The translations under genes were made by a program, and so were the position numbers. Under the pieces are notes generated by a model, which was not told where the DNA came from, did no database searches, and worked only from the letters and a program-made list of their open reading frames with translations. From an uncultured delta proteobacterium (GTDB taxonomy: Bacteria; Desulfobacterota; Binatia; HRBIN30; BPIQ01): a stretch of 64,000 bases of DNA. The DNA lies in NCBI GenBank assembly GCA_963761335.1, contig CAVXGR010000012.1, forward strand, positions 192,001 to 256,000. The letters run 5' to 3'. Shown one piece after another: positions 48,091-56,597 of this stretch (the stretch's first letter is position 1; the number at the start of each line of letters is the position of its first letter).

Positions 48091-49493
48091 CCATCCTCGA
48101 TGCGATGCGCGACCGGGCGCTGTTCGGGTCGTGGTTCTCCGGCGAGAGCTGGGATGCGTGGCGCGCCTTCTTGGCGGCGGCCTTCGCGTTGGAGATGACG
48201 CCGGAACAGCTTGAGGTGTACCGACGTCACACGGGCCGCGAAACGCTGCCAACGTCGCCGGCCCGCGAGACATGGACCATCGCCGGTCGCCGTGGCGGGA
48301 AGTCACGCATCGCGGCGCTTGTCGCCGTCTATCTCGCGGCCTTCCGCGATTACGGCGCCGTCCTGGCACCTGGCGAGGTGGGCACGCTGGCCGTGATCGC
48401 CGCGGACAGGCGCCAGGCGCGGGTCATCATGCGCTACGTCCGCGGGCTCATCGAGGGCGTGCCGATGTTGAAGGCGATGGTTGTGCGCCAGACCACCGAG
48501 AGCATCGAGCTGTCATCCCGCGTCGTCATCGAGATCCACACCGCGAGCTTTCGCGCCGTTCGTGGCTACACGCTGGTCGCCGCCATCTGCGACGAGGTGG
48601 CGTTTTGGCGCACCGACGATGCCGCCGCGGACCCGGACCGGGAGATCATCGGCGGGCTGCGCCCCGGGCTCGCTAGCATTCCCGGCGCGCCGCTCGTCTG
48701 TATCTCGTCGCCGTACGCTCGGCGCGGGATGCTGTGGGATTCCTACTCGCGACACTTCGGGCAGGACGGCGACCCGGTGCTCGTTTGGCAGGCGCCGACC
48801 ATGGCGATGCACCCGGGGCTCGACGAGCAGGTCATCGCCGACGCCTACGCCGCCGACGATGCCGCGGCCGCGGCTGAGTATGGCGCAGAGTTTCGCCGCG
48901 ACATCGAGTCGTTCGTGAGTCGGGAGGCGGTTACGGCCTGCGTCATCCCGGACCGCCGCGAGCTGCCTCCGGTGATGTCGGAGACGCACACCGCGTTCTG
49001 CGACCCATCCGGCGGCTCACAGGACTCGATGACGCTCGCCATTGCCCATCGCGACCGCGAGGGCTGCGCCGTACTCGACGCCATCCGTGAGGTACGACCG
49101 CCGTTCAGCCCCGATGCCGTCTGCCGGGAGTTTGCGGAGGTGCTCCGGCAGTATGGTCTGCGCACCGTCGAGGGCGACCGCTACGCCGGCGAGTGGCCGC
49201 GGGAGCGATTCGCCGTGCACGGGATCACCTACTCGCCGGCCGCGGCGCCGAAGTCTGACATCTACCGCGACCTGTTGCCGATGCTGTCGGCCGGGAGATG
49301 CGAGCTGCTGGACCATCCGCGTTTGCTGTCCCAGCTGCTCGGGCTCGAACGGCGCACGGCACGCGGCGGACGCGATTCAATCGACCATGCGCCGCGAGGA
49401 CACGATGACGTGGTTAACGCTGCGGCCGGCGCACTGGTGAAGGCTGCGGAGCAACAGACACGAGCGGGCACCATTCCGGTGCTCGGCTTTTGA
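48087..49493 (+). CDS. Terminase large subunit
   Basis: Walker A GRRGGKS, Walker B AICDEVAF, ISSP, AEYGAEF; nuclease FCDPSGG...D...HDDVVNA. Confidence 0.88.
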   Translation: MTILDAMRDRALFGSWFSGESWDAWRAFLAAAFALEMTPEQLEVYRRHTGRETLPTSPARETWTIAGRRGGKSRIAALVAVYLAAFRDYGAVLAPGEVGTLAVIAADRRQARVIMRYVRGLIEGVPMLKAMVVRQTTESIELSSRVVIEIHTASFRAVRGYTLVAAICDEVAFWRTDDAAADPDREIIGGLRPGLASIPGAPLVCISSPYARRGMLWDSYSRHFGQDGDPVLVWQAPTMAMHPGLDEQVIADAYAADDAAAAAEYGAEFRRDIESFVSREAVTACVIPDRRELPPVMSETHTAFCDPSGGSQDSMTLAIAHRDREGCAVLDAIREVRPPFSPDAVCREFAEVLRQYGLRTVEGDRYAGEWPRERFAVHGITYSPAAAPKSDIYRDLLPMLSAGRCELLDHPRLLSQLLGLERRTARGGRDSIDHAPRGHDDVVNAAAGALVKAAEQQTRAGTIPVLGF

Positions 49494-49526
49494 CCATGCA
49501 ATTCTAACACAGAGGAGGATTTCACT

Positions 49527-50180
49527 ATGGAACTCACAGCTACGGCGGCGCTCGACGCCGTCAACGAGACTGCCGCCAAGGTCCGCGAGATTCGCGACGC
49601 AGCGATGGCCGAGGCCAAGAGGATCGACGCCGACCCGCGCCTGTCGGTCGCCGGCAAGGCGCAGCAGACGGCGCAGATTCGCCGTGATGCCGCCGACCGG
49701 GTCGCACCGCTGGTTGCTCGCGCCCGGGAAATCATCGCCGACGCCGAGGTGCGGGTGAGCACGTGGACGCTCGACGAGTTTCTCTTGCGAGAGGAGTTCA
49801 CCGCGACCACGGACCGCGCCGTGCTCGACCGCGTACATCTGGCGGCGGTTCTTCCGCGCGCCTCGGTCCGCGAGCTGCGCGCCCTGATGTCATCGGCGGC
49901 CCGTGCCACCGAAGCGTGGCGGGTGTCCATGATTCGGCGCGAGGCACTGGCCCGACTCGACGCCGGCGTGCCCGTCGAGGCGACCCGCCGAGAGCTCGGA
50001 GAGGTGATCGCCGCCGCCGCGGCAGTGGAGCCGCCGGACATCGCCGAGATGCGCGCAGCCCGCGATGAGCTGGTGCGGATGCGGCCGTTCCTGGAGGACC
50101 TGTTTCGGCAGATTTCCGCTCCGCCGCGGCCCAGCAATCCGGGCGCCCTACGTCCGACACGGGCAGGCGCCGCGGCGTGA
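49527..50180 (+). CDS. Hypothetical all-alpha protein
   Basis: Strong RBS GAGGAGG; Ala/Arg/Glu-rich helices; DPRLSVAGK motif. Confidence 0.75.
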   Translation: MELTATAALDAVNETAAKVREIRDAAMAEAKRIDADPRLSVAGKAQQTAQIRRDAADRVAPLVARAREIIADAEVRVSTWTLDEFLLREEFTATTDRAVLDRVHLAAVLPRASVRELRALMSSAARATEAWRVSMIRREALARLDAGVPVEATRRELGEVIAAAAAVEPPDIAEMRAARDELVRMRPFLEDLFRQISAPPRPSNPGALRPTRAGAAA

Positions 50181-50261
50181 TTCGACGCTCGACGGACTTG
50201 ATCGCCCATACGGCCGGCGGGGCGTGAGGCGCCGGCCAAGACAGAAGAGGAGACACCGGAA

Positions 50262-51092
50262 ATGAACACCTACATCGGACTAGAGGCGCTGAGGCAACTG
50301 CGCGAGGCGGCCTACGGAATCTTGAGCACGGTTCAGGGATACGCCCGCGAGCTGGCCGCACAGTACGCGACTCTGGAGAAATCACGCGGGAGGCTCACCG
50401 GTCGCGCGTTCGAGGACGACCGCGGAAAGATGCGGGAGGCCGCCGGTCGGCGGGCTGACGAGTATCTGAGTGCTCAGACCGGCACGCTCGACCAGGTCGA
50501 GAAGGCGCTCGCCGAGCAAGGCAAGTGGACGCGCGAGGGCTACTTCAGCCGGGCGCGCTTCGCGCCGCACGCACAGCTGCAAGAAAATTGGGCGCTCGAC
50601 AAGCTCGGCCTACAGCAGGCGGAACGGCAGATGGCCGCGACGCTCGCTGACCTGCCCGAATCGACCGAGGCGTCACGGTGGACGGCGGCAGTGGCGCGCA
50701 TGAGCAGTGACGACCTCCGCGCCATCGCCGCCGACGCCTCCGCCAGCAACTCGCTGGCGCTCGTCGGCGTGCTTGTCCGCGAGGCTCGCTACCGCGCCGA
50801 GACGGGCGGCGAGGCGGGCCGGCACGTGGCGCACGACATCATGCAGCTTGTCGACGCAATCGCCCTGCCCGAGCTGGAGGAGGCGAAGGCGCTGCTCCGG
50901 GAGCTGAGCGAGATCAGGACGTGGGTGAAAGAGGCGCGCCGTGCGTGCCACGAGGGCGACGCGGACCGCTCGCCACGCTGGCAGCAGTCGTTTCGGGTGA
51001 TGGCGGCCCGCGATGCCGGAGAGAGCTGGGCGATGGAGCCGCTCGCCGTTGACCGTCACGGCGTAATCGAGACGCCGGCGCCGGCAGCGTGA
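50262..51092 (+). CDS. Hypothetical all-alpha protein
   Basis: RBS GAGGAG; helical; loosely similar layout to the preceding ORF. Confidence 0.75.
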   Translation: MNTYIGLEALRQLREAAYGILSTVQGYARELAAQYATLEKSRGRLTGRAFEDDRGKMREAAGRRADEYLSAQTGTLDQVEKALAEQGKWTREGYFSRARFAPHAQLQENWALDKLGLQQAERQMAATLADLPESTEASRWTAAVARMSSDDLRAIAADASASNSLALVGVLVREARYRAETGGEAGRHVAHDIMQLVDAIALPELEEAKALLRELSEIRTWVKEARRACHEGDADRSPRWQQSFRVMAARDAGESWAMEPLAVDRHGVIETPAPAA

Positions 51093-51298
51093 GGCGTGAG
51101 ACGCACGAGGCGGCGAACGACGGGCCACCTATGCCGCCGTCGCCGCCGTTGCCCGGCGTGGCGGCGCTCCGGTCCGGCGTCTGGTGCGGACGGCCCGGGC
51201 ATCCGCGTGAGATCCTCGCAGCGCGCTCAGAGTGGCACCTGTACCGGCGCGAGCAGGCGTGGCGGTGCCCGGTATGCGGCCGGCCGGCGTGGTGCTGA
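51089..51298 (+). CDS. Small putative zinc-binding protein
   Basis: C..H...CPVC; overlaps both neighbours (GTGA, TGATG). Confidence 0.5.
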   Translation: MRRETHEAANDGPPMPPSPPLPGVAALRSGVWCGRPGHPREILAARSEWHLYRREQAWRCPVCGRPAWC

Positions 51299-51366
51299 TG
51301 CCGTTGAACGCGAAACGGAAGGGAACCCGGAATGAGCACCGATCCGCCCGGCTCCTCGAAGCCGCG
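51298..51366 (+). pseudogene. N-terminal fragment of an Hjc-type Holliday-junction resolvase/nuclease
   Basis: MPLNAKRKGTRNEHRSARLLEAA resembles the KG...E...LE.xG start of Hjc-like proteins; resemblance stops at the hairpin at 51367. Confidence 0.55.
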
Positions 51367-51413
51367 GCTCCCGCGGGCGGACGGGCAAAAGAGGCCCGCC
51401 CACCCGCGGGAGC
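51367..51413 (-). terminator. 20-bp stem hairpin downstream of the FGE/CLec gene
   Basis: On the minus strand all 20 positions pair (two G-U), 7-nt loop; no U-tract follows. Confidence 0.55.
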
Positions 51414-51479
51414 TCCACCTCCGCAATTTCGCCAGAGAAGGCCGAAGCGCAAATGGCCGAATGGCCGAAGTAGGTATGA

Positions 51480-52301
51480 CTAGCGGGCGCAGCGAAAGCC
51501 GATGAGGCCGTCCGAGTAGGACGGCGGGTCGTAGCCGACCACGACCAGCGGACCGGCGCTCGTACTGTAGCCGAAGAAGCTGCCGCCGCGCACCAGCGCA
51601 CCGGGCTCTCCCGTGGTCGCTGCTCCCGCCAGGCACTGATAGTCGCCCGTCGGGCTGACGCCGGCGCCCCATGTTCCGCACCCCGTCGAGCGCGGCACCC
51701 AGTCTGCCACCCACTCGTCCAGGTTGCCCACCATATCGAAGGCACCGTCCGACGACACGCAGCTGCTGCGCGAGCCGGTGGGCTTGGCCATGCCGCTGAT
51801 GTTCGTGTTGCAGTCCGTCGTGCCGTTGTCCGGTCCCGGGTCCGGCGTCCCCGCCACCGCCGCCTGCCACTCCGCGTTCGACGGCAGCCGCTTGCCGGCG
51901 TTCTTGCACGCCTGCTGCGCCTGGAACCAGGTGATGACGGCCGACGGCGTCACCCCCTGCAGGCTAACCGCGTAGATGTCACCGGAGCAGTTCTGCCCGC
52001 TGTCGGCGCATGGCGCGTAGTCGTCGGCGCCCGCCGTGCCCAGCTGTGTCGCGCCACCGTTGGCCAGGTCCGTCGCGGTCGCCTTCCCCAGCTGGATCTT
52101 CTTCACCAGCTTCTTGTTTGCCCCCTGCGGATCGGGAACCCGCCACACCGTCGCCTCGTACTTGTCCATGCACACCGTCCCCGACACCACCGCGTCGCTG
52201 CTGCACTTCACCAGCGGCGTCTTCGGAAACCCCGCCAGCGCTGCGCCCGCCACGCCCATCACCAGGCCGGCCGCTGCTAGAATCCCAATCATGCGCTTCA
52301 T
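51480..52301 (-). CDS. Secreted FGE-sulfatase/C-type-lectin-fold protein resembling a DGR target
   Basis: Signal peptide; CMDKYEA, ITWFQAQQAC..GKRLPSNAEW, DMVGNLDEWV, RGGSF...IGFRCAR. Confidence 0.88.
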   Translation of the reverse strand: MKRMIGILAAAGLVMGVAGAALAGFPKTPLVKCSSDAVVSGTVCMDKYEATVWRVPDPQGANKKLVKKIQLGKATATDLANGGATQLGTAGADDYAPCADSGQNCSGDIYAVSLQGVTPSAVITWFQAQQACKNAGKRLPSNAEWQAAVAGTPDPGPDNGTTDCNTNISGMAKPTGSRSSCVSSDGAFDMVGNLDEWVADWVPRSTGCGTWGAGVSPTGDYQCLAGAATTGEPGALVRGGSFFGYSTSAGPLVVVGYDPPSYSDGLIGFRCAR

Positions 52302-52765
52302 TCTCGTCTACCTCTTTCGTCTGCTTGCGGCGCTGCAGATCCCGGACCCCCCGGTCCCCCTTCAGCGCTCCGTTTCTCCAGAGACCTCCACCTCGCGCGT
52401 CCCGCAGGCGGACGGGCACACAGACGCCGGCGGCACCCCCTAGAGAGATGACTCGCCGCCGGCTCTTCATGTCTCGTCTCACTCATAGTTCACCCCAGAA
52501 TTGTCATTCAATTAGGGAAAACCCCTAGCTCGTGTACTCGATCGAGATTGGCACCGATATAGGCGTTCACGGTGGCGGAAAGATTGTTCAGCGCGCCGAG
52601 CGGGAAAGGCATGTAAGCCATTATCTCTTCGTGCGCTGGACCGAAGTAGGTCGCCTCCGCAGGCGGTAGCTCGGAGACCTCGGTCGCAATGACTGCTTAG
52701 CAGCGAGCCCGATTTGAAAGGACACTCGCGGGGAAATCAGGACAGTACCGGGCGGGGCGATGCGA

Positions 52766-52804
52766 TTGACTTTGCAGCTCGGCGTGAGTATACGTGACGT
52801 ACAC
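52766..52804 (+). promoter_or_regulatory. Putative sigma70 promoter and operator for the XRE-integrase operon
   Basis: TTGACT-N17-TATACG, overlapped by palindrome TACGT-G-ACGTA (52791-52801). Confidence 0.6.
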
Positions 52805-52806
52805 CA

Positions 52807-52998
52807 ATGAAGGGAAGCGAGCTGAGGGCGTTGAGGCTGCGGATGGGTTGCACGCAGAAGCAACTTGCCCAGCAAGTCGGCGTGACCAAGAACACGGTTG
52901 CGAGATGGGAGCGCGACGAGCTGGGCATGAGGGCATCCGCGGAGCGGCTCATCCGGCTGTTGGCGGCTCAGCACAAACCGCAAAGGAGGAAGAAGTAA
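52807..52998 (+). CDS. XRE-family HTH regulator
   Basis: ELRALRLRMGCTQKQLAQQVGVTKNTVARWE; TAATG coupling to the integrase. Confidence 0.9.
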   Translation: MKGSELRALRLRMGCTQKQLAQQVGVTKNTVARWERDELGMRASAERLIRLLAAQHKPQRRKK

Positions 52999-54167
52999 TG
53001 GCGTGCGTGAAGAAGCGCGGCAACGGCTACCGCGTCGACTGGCGCGACAAGCAGGGCAACCGCTACCGCAAGACGTTCGAGCTGAAGAAAGACGCGACCG
53101 ACTTCCTCGCGTCCATCAAGGTCGAGATGAAGGCGGGCACCTACGTCGCACCAAAGCAGGTGCCAACCTTCAGGGAAGTGGGCGAGCAGTGGTTCGCCAA
53201 CAAACTCGGGATGAAGAATCTCCGGCCCTCGACTCTCGCCGGCTACCGGAAGAACCTTGACCGCTACATCCTGCAAGCCGACTTCGTGGATGCGCGACTC
53301 GATTCCATCGGCGTGGCCGACGTGACAACGTTCCGCAACCAGATCACCGCCAAGCCGGCGAGAAAGAAGGAAGGCCCGACGCTCGCGGCGAAGACCGTCA
53401 ACTACGTGGTGCGCGACCTCGAAGCGGTGTTTGCCTATGCGATGAAGACGCGAGCCGCGGCCTGGAATCCGGCGAGCTGTGTTGACCGGCTGAAGCAGGG
53501 TTCAGGCGAGCACACCGCCGAGGGCGGGGCGGCGCGCACGGACATCGCCGTCACCGAGGACGAGGTGCTCTCTCCGGCCGAATGCCGGAAGCTCATTGAC
53601 GCCGCTGCCGAGGGCTTCGACCGCGCCTTCCTGATGACGGCGGTAATGACCGGCGCTCGGCATGACGAGCTTCTGGCGCTCAGGTGGTCCGACGTGGACT
53701 TTGAGGCGGCAACGCTCCACTTCCGGCGCTCGCTCTCATGGGCGAAGCTGCCGGGCGAGCCGACGCGGGCGCGGTTCTTCGACACCAAGACCGGGGCTAG
53801 GGGAAATCGGAAGCTGCCCTGCCCTGCCGACCTGGCGCTGACGCTCAAGAAGTGGCGCCTTCAGTGCCCGAAGAGCGAGCTTGACCTTGTCTTCCCGTCG
53901 CCGGCCGGGATGCCGCAGCATCGGAGCAACATCCTCCGGCGCGTGCTGCGACCTACGCTCACAAGGGCCGGCTTGCGGACCATCGACCTTCACACGCTGC
54001 GGCACACCTTCTGCTCGGCGCTGTTGGCGGCCGGGACGCCGCCGGCCGAGGTGCAGAGGTACAGCGGGCACGCCCGGCTCTCCACCTTGCTCGACATCTA
54101 CACCCACTTCATCGCAAGCGAGGGCTCGGGCTCCGTTCAGCGGTTCGCGTCCAAGGTGCTCGGGTGA
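52998..54167 (+). CDS. int: Tyrosine recombinase/integrase
   Basis: Arm-binding N-terminus; TGARHDE (R), DTKT (K), HTLRH, GH, IYTH (Y); RBS AGGAGG. Confidence 0.95.
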   Translation: MACVKKRGNGYRVDWRDKQGNRYRKTFELKKDATDFLASIKVEMKAGTYVAPKQVPTFREVGEQWFANKLGMKNLRPSTLAGYRKNLDRYILQADFVDARLDSIGVADVTTFRNQITAKPARKKEGPTLAAKTVNYVVRDLEAVFAYAMKTRAAAWNPASCVDRLKQGSGEHTAEGGAARTDIAVTEDEVLSPAECRKLIDAAAEGFDRAFLMTAVMTGARHDELLALRWSDVDFEAATLHFRRSLSWAKLPGEPTRARFFDTKTGARGNRKLPCPADLALTLKKWRLQCPKSELDLVFPSPAGMPQHRSNILRRVLRPTLTRAGLRTIDLHTLRHTFCSALLAAGTPPAEVQRYSGHARLSTLLDIYTHFIASEGSGSVQRFASKVLG

Positions 54168-54169
54168 TT

Positions 54170-54188
54170 TTGGACACCTTTTGGACAC
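54170..54188 (+). repeat. Tandem TTGGACAC, putative integrase arm-type sites (right arm)
   Basis: Copies at 54170 and 54181, between int and the tRNA. Confidence 0.7.
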
Positions 54189-54225
54189 TTGGGCGCGCCG
54201 GGAATCACCCGGACGCGCCCAAGTG
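54186..54225. terminator. Hairpin between convergent int and tRNA
   Basis: CACTTGGGCGCG-CCGGG/AATCA/CCCGG-A-CGCGCCCAAGTG. Confidence 0.65.
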
Positions 54226-54238
54226 CTTGAAAAATCAG

Positions 54239-54312
54239 TGCCCCCGGCGCGATTCGAACGCACGACCCCAGGATTAGGAATCCTGTGCTCTATCCACCTG
54301 AGCTACGGGGGC
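54239..54312 (-). tRNA. tRNA-Arg (anticodon CCT), CCA not encoded
   Basis: GCCCCCG/CGGGGGC acceptor stem, GCTC/GAGC D-arm, CAGGA-TTCCTAA-TCCTG anticodon arm, GTGCG-TTCGAAT-CGCGC T-arm. Confidence 0.97.
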
Positions 54313-54402
54313 ACACCTGATTTTCCAGCCACTTACAGCATTCCATCGCGCACTTGTCGAGCCGGGAGGCGGCCACTGTGCCCGGGATTGTGCCTGCACC
54401 GC

Positions 54403-54625
54403 TCAGGGCAATCCCCTCGCGCAGAGAGTTCTCAGGGCAGCTGCGGTTGCCCGCGTGTTCTCTTGAAGCGCCACCGCCAGCTCTATCAGCTCTGCAGTGA
54501 CGGTGCCGTAGAGCCACGCATAGAAACCGCCAACCGCGAAACCCACGACGGCGCCGATGCGCTCGATGGAATACGGATCGGGATCGTTGCGGAACAGAAC
54601 TAAGACGATCACCAGCCCAGAGTCC
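54403..54625 (-). pseudogene. 3' fragment of a small membrane protein
   Basis: LVIVLVLF...IGAVVGFAVGGFYAWLYG...LAVALQENTR; no convincing start. Confidence 0.35.
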
Positions 54626-54636
54626 GAGAAGACCCC

Positions 54637-55476
54637 ATGTGTTGCCGTGTTGCTCTTGGCGGCCACCCCGGCACGCGCCGTGAACGATTGTGTCGGCGTT
54701 CCCCTGGCTGGCGGCGTCGACATCGGGCCGCTGACCTTGACGAGCTCGTTTCAGTACGTCAGCGGGGATTGTTCGGGAACGACGGGGTGTGGTCATTTCT
54801 TCAATGTGTTGCTGACCGCCGGGGAGTCCATCTGCCTGTCGACGTGCCCGGCGGTTGGTGACGGGACGGCGATGGCAGATTTCGATTCGTTGCTCGCGGC
54901 GTGCGATCCGATGAATATCACCGATGCCGCGGGCTCGACGACGACGGTTGCGGCGAAGCGGAGGGTCCGTGTGTGTTGGAGTTCGCCCCGGGTCTGACGG
55001 ACACGTAGCGCATGGAAATTGGCGGCTACGGTGGTGCGTCTGGGAGTTACCGCTTGGCCTACAAGAGCGGGCCGTGTGGCGCGCCGATTGCGACGCCAAC
55101 CGACGCCGCGACGGCGACAGCGACGGTGACACCAACGCGGACGGCGACGGCAACGCCGACGCCCACCCCCACGGCTAGGGCGACGCAGCCACCACCAACG
55201 AGGGTGCTCTCACCTCCGACGTTGTCGCCCACTCCGATCCCCGGCATCTCCGTCGATGTCCCCTTGTGCGGGACGCCCGGTGCGACGCCAATTACGACGC
55301 TCCACACCGTCGTTGGTGATACGATGATCGACATCGCTCAGGCGTCGCAGCTCAGGACAGGGGTCACCACCATCGACGACCCGGCCACGGACAGCGCGGA
55401 GACGACGCTGTGCGAAGGCCAGGGATCTGAAGCTCATTCTCAATGGGACGATCGCTCCCGCCCCCGCGGTGAATAG
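54637..55476 (+). pseudogene. Degraded secreted protein (PPC-like domain plus PT-rich linker)
   Basis: Signal-like VLLLAATPARA, LSTC..ADFDSLL; DDDGCG in a shifted frame; in-frame TAG just before MEIGGYGGASGSYRL; TPTPT linker. Confidence 0.6.
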
Positions 55477-55533
55477 GCGGCGAGACAGCAATCCGACCAT
55501 TGACAAGTGACCATGATCAGATATCAGGAGTCC

Positions 55534-55773
55534 ATGAAGCAGAGTGTCGCCGTCTCCGAACTGAAGACCCACTGCCTTCGGCTCGTCGACCGGGTGGCCC
55601 GTGAACGTCGTGAGCTGATCGTGACCAAGCGCGGCAAGCCGATCGCACGGCTGGTGCCCATGGGCAAGGTCGATGCCGACGAAGCACTCGCCCGGCTGAG
55701 GGGAACGCTGATTGGGGGCAATCGCGTGGAGGATTTCGATACTGGCTCCGTTTGGGAGGCGACGCGGCGTTGA
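55534..55773 (+). CDS. Phd/YefM-family antitoxin
   Basis: VSELKTHCLRLVDRV...IVTKRGKPIARLVP; AGGAG RBS; TTGACA at 55500 with GACCAT repeats. Confidence 0.92.
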   Translation: MKQSVAVSELKTHCLRLVDRVARERRELIVTKRGKPIARLVPMGKVDADEALARLRGTLIGGNRVEDFDTGSVWEATRR

Positions 55774-56171
55774 GCGGCCTGCTTCTCGACACCCACGCGT
55801 GGGTGTGGTGGATCAGCCGCCCCGAGCGACTCTCGCGTCGCCAGCGCAGCAACATCGAGCGCGCCCTGAAGCGGCCCGACGCCGCACTCCTCGTGTCCAT
55901 CATCTCTTGTTGGGAGGTGGCCCTGCTCTGTCAGCACCGTCGCTTCCGCTTTGCCATTCCAGTCGACGCCTGGCTCGAAGAAGCCACCGCGATCCCCGGC
56001 ATTCAGGTCGTTCCGCTGTCGCTGCCAATCATCGTCACCGCGGCGCGGCTCACGGCCTTGCGCGATCCCGCGGACATGTTGATCGTCGCCACGGCACAGC
56101 ATCACGGCGCTCGCCTGGTCACCAGCGATGCACGCATCGGCGAGACCGATCTCGTCGCCGTCATCTCATAG
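55770..56171 (+). CDS. vapC: VapC-family PIN toxin
   Basis: LLDTH, SCWEVA, DPADMLIVATA, LVTSD; TTGA overlap with the antitoxin. Confidence 0.92.
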   Translation: MSGLLLDTHAWVWWISRPERLSRRQRSNIERALKRPDAALLVSIISCWEVALLCQHRRFRFAIPVDAWLEEATAIPGIQVVPLSLPIIVTAARLTALRDPADMLIVATAQHHGARLVTSDARIGETDLVAVIS

Positions 56172-56597
56172 GCGGTAGGAGTTGGACGAGGTAATCGAAC
56201 GGGTCGACGCTGCGGGGGATGGCGCTCAGCCCTGCACTCACCGGGGTCCGAGAAAATTTCGGCTACGCACGTCTGCCGAAAGGGCTCCCAGTACCCGACG
56301 CTCCCAACGTCTCGATAATCCTCCGGCGGACTGTATACGGGCACGGTCGCGCCTCTTTTTGTCCGGCATTGGGGGCTCGCTCCGGCCCGGGAATCGCCGT
56401 GCTCTTATTGCACGATCCGCCCGATCGCGACGCGACCGTACGGAAGTCCAGCGCGGCCTGGCGCCCCGACGGGCTGGAGAGCCCCGGGACCAAATCTGCC
56501 GAACGGTGTGGCGCAAAAGGCTCCCCACGGAATCTGTGGCGGTGGTCGAAATGCGTCGCCGACTTTGTAGGCTGGATCCTCGACGTTTGACCATTCG

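Larger units (their letters stand above)
41996..54280. mobile_element. 12.24-kb integrated phage-satellite-like element in tRNA-Arg(CCT)
   Basis: Bounded by att repeats; tyrosine integrase next to the tRNA; primase/helicase, two xis-like HTH genes, terminase; more A/T-ending codons than the flanks. Confidence 0.92.

Noticed and set aside
52794..52997. N-terminal extension of the integrase ORF
   Set aside because: It overlaps the XRE gene; ATG 52998 has a strong RBS and translational coupling.
41996..54280. Complete prophage
   Set aside because: Only 12 kb between intact att sites, with no tail, lysis, portal or capsid genes recognised.
55090..55200. ACGGCG/ACGCC tandem-like repeats
   Set aside because: Explained by the encoded Pro/Thr/Ala linker.
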